DNA from: Octopus sinensis
Taxonomy: Eukaryota
Assembly: GCF_006345805.1 (NCBI RefSeq)
Contig: NC_043010.1
Coordinates: forward strand, 35,402,001-35,466,000
Direction: 5' to 3'
DNA: 64,000 nt
Shown: piece by piece, positions 52,416-64,000 of the stretch
Position numbering within the stretch: position 1 is the stretch's first letter
How the letters are laid out: every line of letters starts with the position of its first letter
The notes under the pieces: generated by a model
What the model was told of the DNA's origin: nothing
What the model saw: the letters and a program-made list of their open reading frames with translations, nothing else
Databases searched by the model: none
Made by a program: the position numbers and the translations under genes

Positions 52416-52794
52416 CTACAAGAGAACAGACAAACACCATTTTCCAGTTGACCGCACACAAACAAAAGTTAAATAAAAATAAGCAATAATTGAAATAAAC
52501 AAAATCAAAATAAATATAACAAAATGTAGCAAGGAATATTATTGTTGTTGCTGTATTGCTCATGACTAACATAAGCTAATTATTCTGTTGTGCACAAATA
52601 AAAGCCATGGCTACAGTGGATTTGTACAGAGATTATGAGCCAACCAGCCAACCATTTCTTTTTAAGAGCTAATGTTTAGTTATGACTATTTTTGGTATTG
52701 ATGTTCCACTACCTTAAAGCTAATTTAACAACTTTGAATTAGGACATGGATGCTTTTATTTAAATTTTTACACAGATGATATGAAAATAATATT

Positions 52795-53320
52795 CAGTGC
52801 TACTTTGGTGTGTGATCTACAATTTAAAGAGAAATTACTTTCGGTTACTTTTTAGTTTGCTTTGCAATTTCTAAATTTTTTATAAATTCTTTTGTACATA
52901 CTTAGCATTGTTAATGTGTTTTTTTCAAAATTGTTACTATTTTAATAATAATAAAACCATGTTTCACTTATGTCTTAGTAAATAATAAAAAACCAAGAAT
53001 AAACAATATGCTAATTAAAATAAGCACGTAGATCACAAAAGTTTGAGAGCTGCCCGTTTTGCAACGTAAAGTTGGCAAAATTTCACCACTTTTCTCTTCT
53101 CTTCAAGCTTCCTGCATTTCTCCACCACAACAATGACATGGTGCAACATTTTCTGCATCATTTAAAAGGCCATTTTTTCATGAAGATACAACTGCCTTTA
53201 TCTCATTGCTTATTGCATTGTAAAAATCTTTAGGTAACATCTGAAGGGTTTTTAGAAATTGAAAAGTAACCTAAAGTAATATGCCTTTAAATTGTAGATC
53301 ACACACCAAAATAGCCCCTG
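52795..53320. mobile_element. MITE with ~60-bp TIRs and CAG termini (hAT-like)
   Basis: cagtgctactttggtgtgtgatctacaatttaaag ... ctttaaattgtagatcacacaccaaaatagcccctg. Confidence 0.7.
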
Positions 53321-54799
53321 ATATTCTATGACTAAAACTAAACTATTTGTTTCTCATCACTGTGTGAAAATTATTATTAACACCATGTAGCTTCTTATTA
53401 GTACTATTAGTATTGAAGGTGGCAAGCTGGCAGAATTGTTGCCATACCAGACAAAATGCTTAGCAGCATTTTATCTGTCTGTTTTGAGTTCAAATTCCAC
53501 TGAGGGCAACATTGCTTTTCATCCTTTCAGTGTTGGTAAAATAAGTACCAGTCAAGCGCTGAGGTCAATGTAATTGACCAGCCCCAACCTAGCCAAAAGT
53601 TCAGGCACTGTGACTTTAATAGAAAGGATTATTATTATTATTATTATCATTACTATTATTGTGGCCTAGTGGTTAGGGTGTTAAACTCAAAATTGCAATA
53701 TCGTGATTTCAATTCCTGGACTGGCCAAGGTATTGTGTTCTTGAGCAATCCTCTTCATTTCACATAGCTCTGCATCTAATATATGACACATTGTGCATCT
53801 GTACAGGCAATGTCAGTTTGATGGAGGGAGTGAGCTGATAATGTCCAGCACAAACATTTGATTACTATAAACAAATCTGCACAGCTAGTTCAGCAAGAAA
53901 TTGTGGAACTCTCATCTACTACAGATAATGATTATTATTAACAGTAGTAGTTCCTCCACATTTAATTCAATAACTACATTCTACTTAGGTCAGCTTCAAC
54001 CTAAGGTAGAATAAAACAATGTTATATACTGGCAAGATCAAGTCAATTGCATATAAAACCTTCCCCAATTAAATATCTATTTAAGATGATTATTATTATT
54101 ATTATTATTATGGTGGATTTCGTGCAAATGCCAGAAAATATTATCATTAATACAATAGCTAAGTGAGTAAGATATTGAACTATTGGCTCACAGCAATGTT
54201 TTGTTATGTCTCTGGCAACAACTTGCTTAATTACTTGTCTCAGTATTCCTCTTTTCTAATCATTGTTTTCTTTTAAATAATTACCATTATCTTTATATTT
54301 ATTCTACATCTATTTCATGCTTGAATAGGTTGGATAGTTCAACAAATGCACACATTTTCATGGATAATGTTAATACAACCAAGGAGATAGAGCAAAGAAA
54401 GTGCTTAAATATGCATATCCAAAGGTCTATGTGAAAACTAAAATGCCAGTGTGCATGCTGTTGCATATTAATAGATGCATTTGTCAATGTGCATATGCCA
54501 GTGTGCACAAATATGTAACTACACCTATTCATATATATACAGGAATAAAAGCCATAGATTTTATACAGGAAAGATATGAGATTGAATAACAATGATGCAT
54601 TCAAGGACATTAAAGCACAGAGGTCTCAATGAGAAATTAAAACAGGTTTGTATGAATCATTATTGCTACAAGCAAAAACAAATTTGCTATACAGGCAAGA
54701 CGCCACAAATATATTGAGTACAAGGAAATGCAATTGTCTGATCAATCTAGTTTCAGTTGCACTAAGTGATGCATGATTAAATAAAGAATAAAACATTGA

Positions 54800-55530
54800 A
54801 AAACAATCTAAACACTCCATATGAAACCTGCACTTCTTTCATGAACAGAGACCTTGAAAACATTCAATGGTAGGGTGAGATATGACAATCTTATATTTTT
54901 TGACAATCACTGCAAGCAGCAATCTTGTTCTCCATGTACCATGTCTAAGATAACAATAATCATGAACCTCCATACCCTCTAGTACCCCAACACAACATAA
55001 TTGGGATGGTTTTCCTGAAGCCAACTGGTAAAGCCATTGAGTATCTTCTCCTCTATCTGCTTCTTCTTTTCAGTTTCTCAGTTGTCACCAAATGCTCAAA
55101 GCTCCTTATGTCAGTGAGAAGCTTTCCAATGGTTTTTTGCTCATCTAAGGAGCTCATTGTTTATTACTGTCAGCATAAGATACCTTCAGCTTTCTTCTAA
55201 GGAACCACATCTTTGTAACACAATTTTGTGGTTGTTGATGTTCCAATACACAATAACCTCAAAGTTACTACAAATGCTAAACATGAAAATATGATCTTTC
55301 TTGGCAAGATCATCTTTCACATAAGATCTGCTTCCCAGATCTTTCTGCTCAGGGTCAGCAACAAAGTTTAAGTAGGCCTACATCTAAGACAATTATGCTG
55401 CTACACACACAAACATATTTAACTGTATGCAACTGCATTCAACAGATTGCCTTATTCTGTTTAATTCCATTATTGCTGCAATAAGGGCTTCTGCTTCTCA
55501 AAACTAACTAGATGCATACCTCCTCCACTT
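54800..55530 (-). mobile_element. Highly degraded LINE RT remnant (RTE-like)
   Basis: Minus-strand SYAD-like motif near 55170-55185 and RTE-like 3' wording; weak. Confidence 0.4.
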
Positions 55531-55568
55531 AAATCTCTTATCTATTGCCTCTTGTCATCCATACTGTG

Positions 55569-55610
<42 letters not shown>

Positions 55611-58600
55611 ATATATATATATATCTCCAAACCCCACACAAATTACTTCCCAATCCTTCAATACCAAAATTTCAAATGCTCGAAATCCCTTTCTGTACAT
55701 ATTTTTCTTGCAGATATTAAAATACAGATGTTTAAACTGAGCATCATTCATATCAGTCTCACCAACCAATTTCAGTTTGAAAATCATGGAAGCCTAAACC
55801 AAACTACAATATTGACAGCAACATAGGTGTACATGAATAGCAGTGATGGAGTGAATGCACACAAATGGCTTGTATATTGGCCAGGCCAGCCTGAGTTATG
55901 GATACATGATGAAATATGATTTTGTCAAACAACTATGAAATAAAGGAGAACATTGTGGGATAAACAAACAATACAAAAATAGATATATTTTGTTGAAATT
56001 AATAATAATTGACATGAGTAGAGAGGGTTTATTAATTTGAATGCCACTGAAGCAAGAATGGATAACTTTCCCAATAGCTAACCATATTATGGGATTACTT
56101 TTGTTAGAGCAAGTTAACTAAGGCCTTTTGATTTATGTGCATTGCTCAGGTTGTGGTCAAAAATCACAACAGATTAATTGTACAGGTAAAATTTACTTAC
56201 TGTTGAGAGTCAGCAATGTAATTGTACAGTAAGGGAGTGCTGAACATATCTAATTCAATAAAATATCAGCTATTTGAGGAATCAGCAGTTTGTATCCAAA
56301 GAGTAACAGTGAGGTGTCCACGATCTAAATATTTAACTCTATAATAGCACAGTACATCTAGCTGTACATAGGTGCTAACATTTTAAAATAAGTTAACTCA
56401 TTCTGCTAGTTAGGATATCTATTATGACCTTGTTGAGGCATGATGGAAATACTATCACAGTCACACTATAAGTGTGACTATTTCATGACCCCTACTATCC
56501 ACAGGATTGATTAAAACTATTATTCACCAATTTGATGATTGTCTTCAGAATTTTCCCCATTTTTAAAAACTTTTTCAATATATTTAGGTAATTTAAAAAG
56601 AGGATGATAATAATTTAATAGTGGTAAGAGCATCAGACAAGATATATATATATATTTCTAGTTTGCTGGTTTGTGGTTCAAGTCCTGCTGAAGTCCATTT
56701 CAGCTTCTCATCTTTTCAACATAGATAAAACAAGCCTGTAACTCTAGTATGACATGAGAAGGACTTATTCCAACCAATAATCTAATAAAAGTGAATCTCA
56801 GAAAACATAGGAATACGTTTTCAGCCACCAACTCTAGGTGTGCAAGAGGGCTCATAATGTAGCTTATTGTCATTACAAGTATTAATGGTTACATGCAACT
56901 CAATACAATCTGTTGCATAGTCAAGTCACTGGTGACTAAACCAATAGCCCCATCAAGCTTGCTTGGTGAAAAAAGTAATTTGGGGATTTTGTGGTGTCCA
57001 TGACATTTTCATCAGTATTATTTAATATAGCTGAATTATTACCAATCATGAATTAAAACCCACTCTCAGAAATGACACTTGTCAACTTTTTTATGTCCAA
57101 GTCAGTGAAAGGTCAGGTAATATCAATGACTTCAACAAACCATCTCAGAAAAAAAAAAACCTACCAAAAGGTAGACAATGGAATTCAGAAGAATCAATGG
57201 CCAACCAATTTTGTTTAAGATGCTTGAAAGGACTAAATTTTCAGTTGATTGCACAGAAGAAATCCAACAAGTTTCAACTGGTAGAAAGGCAATATCCAGC
57301 AGCATTACCTGGTCTTCTCACTGCATTGCTGATAAAACCCCAATCATCTTGGATGTTATGCTATTGTTCCAGAAAGTAATCAGGGACGAGAGATTGGGGC
57401 TGATCATCCAGTGCAGACCTTATTCACCATCATCTAAGTACAGTGTAAGTCAAGACTCAAGCGATTTCAAACCACACACACAGACAGCAAATCTTTCACT
57501 GTAAGAAGCAGGGTATTGCAAGAATCTGCCACAATGAAGTACAGCCACTTCTATAGTTTCATTGCTTAGAAGGTGTAATTATAGGCAGAAGCAATCACAA
57601 ATCTGATTATCTGTGTAGATCCATCCCCCATTGTTGTGGTGTATAGTAGTAAAGTTTTGGTCATTTTCAGAAACAAAGAACAAACATCAGCCAATAATGC
57701 AGATGTGTTAAGAAGCCAAGACAGAACAGAACTCATTTGCTAAAGCTTAGAAGTGGTAGTAATGTTACAGCTGCTATAGATGTTAGTGTTATTATTTTGA
57801 TGTTATTGTTATTTGAATTACTTTTGGATTAATAATTGTTTCTTAGATTAGAGAAATGATTGCTTACACTGTTCTTATAACATTTATCAATATAGAAGCA
57901 CAGTCTTATATTGATTCATAACTGAAACTGTTCATAGACCAAGTGTATATGGAGAAAACATATCATGGTTTTCCATTAATGAATGGTGTATATAATTTGG
58001 AAAAACTATTTTTGTTCGTTCTTGTTCCTCACTGTGTATATGTACATATATATATTTATATATATATTTCAAAATAGGAGCTAAGAAATACTATAGTACT
58101 TAGCAACTACTTGCATGTTAAAAAGCTTAAACACACCATCTAATGGAATAGTTTATCTGAGATAATGTTCCACTTTTTATTACTATTATTCTAGACCATT
58201 GCATGGTTAACGCACATCATGAATTTTTCACTTTGGATTCACTGACATGTGTTTTATTCTTTAACTTAACCATCACAATTTAATTTCTTTCAGACTATTA
58301 ATGTAATCTTTTATATGTGCATCAGTGTTTGATCAGTTTCACCTTTGAGTGACAATTGTCTTCACGTGTCCTATATTTACTAATAAACATAGGCTGAGTA
58401 GAATGTAGAATTAATATTTCTACTTGGCAGATATCAATGTTGTGAATCTCAAAACAGTAGGTAAATGATTCAGGGTTTTAGAACTCAACATTTATAAATA
58501 AAGGTTCTGAACTAGAACTTCAAATATATATACATATATCTAAATATAGGCATGAAAATGTAGTGAAAGCAACAATCAAGATAAGAACACCAGTCCGACC

Positions 58601-59358
58601 AATGTAAATAGTGTACATGAATAACTGAAGACCAAATTAATCACAACGTTGTATAACAAACAAATACACAAAAGAGATGATTAATAAATCCGAAAAGTGT
58701 AAGTCGTCGTAGCAATAACTCAAATTAAAAGTACAATTACCTTGCTTCAAAACACACACATATACAAAGCAGCAGCAATAGAAGAGTGTGTAGAAAGTAC
58801 ATCAATCAGTAAGAAATTAGTAATTCCTATCTCCCATCCAGGGAGGTACATGTGAAACAGTAAGTTTATAGCGATTTCTTACTTTGGCTCAGTTTTATAG
58901 ATGACTGGAAATGGGATTTTGTGACATTCATAGCATTTTCAGCTGTATCAACAATAATTGAACTACAGTAACTCATGAATCAAAGCCCGCTCAGATTTGA
59001 CACTTGTCAATGTTTTTATGTCAAAGTTAGCAAAAGGAGGACAGTACCTATAACATTTACAGGCTCTCCCAGAATGCTGTGGTTGATAAGGCTGATATCA
59101 AACTTGAATACCCACAGGAAAACTGTAGGTGGGAGTAAATGCTTGCAAAGAGCAGACTAACCTAAAAGCCTCAAAAGACTAAGGAAATACTACTTTACAA
59201 TAATTACATACAAGCTTCCACCCTTTTGTTGTAAACAAATATATCTTCTATCTCTTACTTGTTTCAGTCATTGGGCAGTAGCTATGATGGAATTTTTACA
59301 TAGGAAATTCTAATGTATTTTGAGGTCTAAACTAAATTAAGATTCCCTTAATGTTGAG

Positions 59359-59391
<33 letters not shown>

Positions 59392-60199
59392 TATTAAATA
59401 TCTCCCTTGTTTCTTGAGAATGTAGCATGACAAGATTATAAATTTTAAAAAATGCTTTATAACACACTGTTTGAGCTTTACATTCAAGTAGAAGAACCAT
59501 GATGAAAATCAGCAAATCATGGTGAAAATCAGACTTGAAGCAAAGCAGATTCTTTTATTCCTTTATTCTTTCTCTGGCTTCAGTCATTGGACTGCATCTA
59601 AGTTAATATATATGAGCCCAGAATTTCTTTTACTGGTCTCTATTTGTCAAACTGCTGCTTTATGGAACCTACAGAAACAACGCCAGTTTATAGACCAGAA
59701 TAAAGAATCTTAGTCACACATGGTAGACATCTACACAGTTTCTGTTTATCAATTTCCACCTACAAGGTACTAGTCAACCCTAAATTATAGAAAACACTTG
59801 CATAAAATGATGTACAGTTGGGTCACCCCTGGAGCCAAGTGGTTGCTAAGTCAACTTCTTAACCATACATGTGCCTATAGTATGAAGCAATAAATATAGC
59901 ATAAAATGTGGCTTCAATAAGTAGAACTCTACTGAAATATAGATTCTGAGTTAGATGAGAATTGGATAAAAGATTGACAGATTTATTGCCAAAGGCTAAA
60001 TGTATATTGCCAATCAATTTACACATCAGATTTACACAATACTTGTGTGGACAGACTAACGCTTCTTATACAAAGATACAACAATGGCAACCCAAAGGAG
60101 CTGCACATAGCCACTTAACTTGCAAACAAATATCTATTTAATAAACTTCATTACACACATGCATACACACCAGCCAGAAGAGGAAATTTCAAATTGGAA

Positions 60200-60935
60200 G
60201 CAAAATAAGAATCAAAAGACCTTTAAATAAATCTAAGATTAAAGTATTAGCATAAAAGAAAACAGCCATAACCATCCTGGAAGTGGCCATGCTCGATCTG
60301 CAGAAAAGAAGGGGGCAGGAATTCCAAATGATGTACTCTAAACTATGGATGCACAAGAAGTGTAGTGGGATCACAAGCAGTATAAGCAGGCTGACAGTAA
60401 AGATAGACTTCATACGTAACAGATATAATTAACAGTAAGAGTATACATGAAATAAATTCCTTCAAATGCTCAAAAAGTTCCCTATAATTAGGTGATCTAA
60501 TTAGCAGTGGAGAAGAGTATTCTGAAAGCACAGCTACCATAGTAATAACAGTATGAAAAAAAATTTGAGGAACTATTGACACTGCTAACAAAGGAATTCT
60601 CTCTCAGAGTGAAAGACAGATTGCATGATGCTTTTGTATGACATGCAATGTTGTATAGTAGCAAGACATGGGTATTAGATGCAGAAGATATGCAAAGATT
60701 GGAAAGAAATAAGATGAACATGCTCTGTTGGATGGGTCATATTAGTGTGCATAGACAGAGCACAATTGAGCTGAGAGTAAAAAAGATACAAGAGGAATCA
60801 TAAGTAGCATGCAAAAGAGATGACTGAGTTGGTATAGACATGTGAGGCACCTTAAAAACGACTGTTGAGTAAAGCCTGACAATCCAAGTAGAAGGAACCT
60901 ACAGGAGAGGAAAACCAAGGAAGACACAGGAAGAA
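60200..60935 (+). mobile_element. Degraded RTE LINE 3' portion
   Basis: PLRVKDRLHDAFV*HAMLYSSKTWVLDAEDMQRLERNKMNMLCWM resembles the RTE LYGSETW region. Confidence 0.75.
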
Positions 60936-61199
60936 ATTAGAGAAAATGCAAAGTGTATTGGTTATTTGTGAACAAACTATAGTGGGCTGTAAATGGTAGG
61001 TGGCCCAAATTACACTTTGTAGTATGCAACAAACATCGACTTGCTCATTTCTTTTTCAAATGTATCAACAGCATCAACATGGCAAATTCCAATTTGACAC
61101 AAAAACTGAAAAAGCACACTGTGCATGTGGCTCTAGCAATTCAGAGATCACCAGCTTCTTGAATATAGTGTTCAAGAAAAAACTAGAAGACTCAAGCAA

Positions 61200-61440
61200 G
61201 GGACTTGGCATCTATGGCTAAGATCTATTATAAAAATGAGAGCTCCAGCAGACCAATGTGAATTATTACCAAGAAGCTTAAAAGATAAGTGGTGCAAAAA
61301 GAATCATACAAGTTCTACGTAAGAGGACAGTTCATGTTTGGCAAGACCCAAGACAGCCATGTGATCATACAACTCCAACATCAAATAGCTTTCTAAATCT
61401 CCAGATTTAAATCACCTGAACTGAATACTGTTGGTGACAG
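61200..61440 (+). mobile_element. Possible Tc1-like transposase remnant
   Basis: tctaaatctccagatttaaat = SKSPDLN, resembling the WPxxSPDLNP motif; little else retained. Confidence 0.3.
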
Positions 61441-64000
61441 AACATTCACAGGGCCACTAGACATCAACCCACAGGACCAACTATTTGTCAGAGGTTTTCA
61501 TTGTTAGTGTGGTAATAAGTGGCAGCCACCTTATCCTGTTATGCAACTGCTTCATTTTTCCTTTTTTTTTTTTTTGTTTGGTGCTTTTGTTTTTCATTGT
61601 ATTTTGTTTTGCCATTAGTTGCCTGGCACACATACAATATATATACATAGAACTGCCAGCCATGTGAAATGTTTCAAGTTGTAAAATCAGAACTTAATAG
61701 AAACAATAGACAGGCACAAAATAAGAGATATTGGAGTAACTTAAGAAAATAGAAAACTTCAAACAAAAACTCTACTCAACCTAAGATCAGTAAACAATAT
61801 ACAAGGATGCATATAAACTTTTCTTATATATCCTTTTGTTCATGCCACTAGCTCAACAATACACTTTTCTTGTTTCTAACCATACAATTGTGAGCAGTAA
61901 AAAAATAAACCTGTTATCACCAAGAAACCAAGCAAACAGTGCAATGTGTCTTAATCTTACAACCACTGTGCCTCAAACTGTTTTGATTTTAAAAGCTACA
62001 AATATAATCTGTCCATAAAAATTAGAGATCTTTCAAGATGGTGATTAACTGATTTCCAAGGAGCAAGCTCACAATAAATATTCTCCTTTGATATAGTATT
62101 AGTTTACTGTTTGCATATTGCAGCTAACTGAAGAAGTTTGGTATCTTTATACCAAATGCTTAAGTTAACTGAGATTGTAGTGACCTACTCAGGAACAAAA
62201 AAAATTTTTTTTTTAACGCCTACTTGCAGATTTGAACTCAATCTAGTGAACTCATAATCTAATATCATTTAAATTTTCTGTGTACATACATATACATGCA
62301 CTAAATGTGTCAGCTTTATTGTATATGCACTATGTACATCAGATCTCAGCTGTAACTTAGTATTTAATCAAATTAACACTGCTTTTGAATATACACAGAC
62401 ATTAACCAACTCTTCTCATTCAAATAAAAATATATATAAAGAACATTATTAATTATCTGATACTGGAATGATTTCTGTATTCTAAGTATGGCATGACACC
62501 ATTCTCCACAATCCTATGTCATCTTGTCTGTGAAGCCTAAATCCTTGGATCAGACAATAATTGTCTCCTAACATATCTTCCTCTGCCTCCATTTAGCCCC
62601 AATCCAATATTTGTAATAACATCCAACCCCTTTTTTAATTTGTAACCAACAATCACCCTTATTTTAGCATCCCTTTTTCAAAACAGGAATGATTGAATAG
62701 GCCTCTCATAAATCTTTCTTCAAGAGCCTTGATTTCATGTTCTTTTATATGGGGGATCTAACCTCAGACAAGATGTAACTTCAACTCTTTTCTACACAAC
62801 CCGCTCTCAACCTTTGTGATCCTACTACATCATTTTGTTTAACCAGCATGTACTATCTACTTACATTACATGTCAATATCAACAATCACCTCTTCTAATA
62901 TGTCAATGCTCAATTTTTCAACACACTTAGACATGCATTCACATAGACACATACAAAATGTACTTCTTTTAATGAACTTTTCATGTTCCATAAAGAAACT
63001 TGAACTTAAACATGCTAACTTTATAGTAACAATATTTGTGTTATTAAGGAGTTATCTGACAGCTTGTGCAATCACATATAAAGCTGAAAAAGCAAAATAA
63101 CCACTACTATAAATACTACTATAGGTTCTAAATAAAAAAGTAAAGTCAACAGTATAGTTTTAATAAAGAAATTGATATAGTCAATTAAGCTAATCACAGT
63201 AAATGACTACTGCTTTATCATCTTTAGAAGGAAGAAAAACAGGACTCCTCCAGCAGGGCTCAAAATTAGAACCTAAAGACACAATAAATATTATATTTTA
63301 CTCCAGTTCTTTTAGTTTTTGCTAAGTTATTGCCCTAGAAGGGATATTAAAAGACTAGGAGGCAGGAAATATCAAAGGAACTTCCTACACAGCATAGCAG
63401 CACTGCATCTGCCTCAAACATCTTAGTACCTTTAAAGTGTTGACCAGAGCAGTTTAATGTGGGACTTTCCACATTCGTTCAACCATTCTACATGATAGCA
63501 ACCAATTCTTATGTGTACTTTGTTTTATTTTTTATTAATTTTATTATCTTTTTTTAACAAAAACTACAAGGTCTAAATCTTATACATGCTACCCAAAGGT
63601 AAAGGTGGGATGATCACAACTAGAAAACAAAAATTTATCTTTTGAAGATTCAGCCTCAATCCTCTGGATACTTTATATCCATTTACATTCCAAAAATACT
63701 AGACTTACAAGATGATCTGAAGTATCTGAATAAACTGAAATATTAGATCACTGTATTAAATTTTCTCATGAAAACACTGACAGAGGAATGAAGGATTACT
63801 TGCTAACAATAAGGCACCAACAAAAAAGGTTAAAGTTAACAACCTTATTAACATTACACACACAAAGTGCAATCATTACCTCTAAATACCTTGCCAATTT
63901 TTTTCACATCTAATGTGTTTCATAAGTCAATAAAAATAATTCATTAAAAACCCCGTCCAAACAGTTTCATATGCTGCCAGCTCATTTCCTGTCAATAGCA

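Noticed and set aside
56459-56479. Hairpin agtcacactataagtgtgact
   Set aside because: Isolated 9-bp stem with no supporting context.
60040-60100. Possible upstream TMED exon ending in ...TQ|gt on the minus strand
   Set aside because: Translation (FGLPLLYLCIRSVSLSTQ) lacks the CFSNEF/DFQVG GOLD motifs; donor is weak.

Overview
Eukaryotic, AT-rich, repeat-dense animal DNA. The SINE families and microsatellite load resemble octopus (coleoid cephalopod) genomes; this is inferred from memory, not searched. Two convergent intron-rich genes are present. (1) A + strand Rab5-group GTPase most like RabX1, with six coding exons reconstructed between 11725 and 22623, including a 30-nt micro-exon; the first coding exon was not found. 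(2) A - strand p24-gamma (TMED3/TMED7-type) gene represented by TWO paralogous, intact, phase-0 terminal exons (52191-52415 and 37512-37745). No GOLD-domain exon was seen between them, which suggests switchable coiled-coil/TM/tail modules via alternative last exons. The rest is tRNA-derived SINEs (often nested or chained), RTE, Dong/R4 and CR1/Jockey LINE remnants, mariner/Tc1, piggyBac and hAT-like MITEs, a Helitron 3' end and a 3.4-kb AT satellite. There are also two Penelope-type inverted-repeat relics that each contain a hammerhead ribozyme motif. Nearly all other ORFs in the supplied track are spurious.
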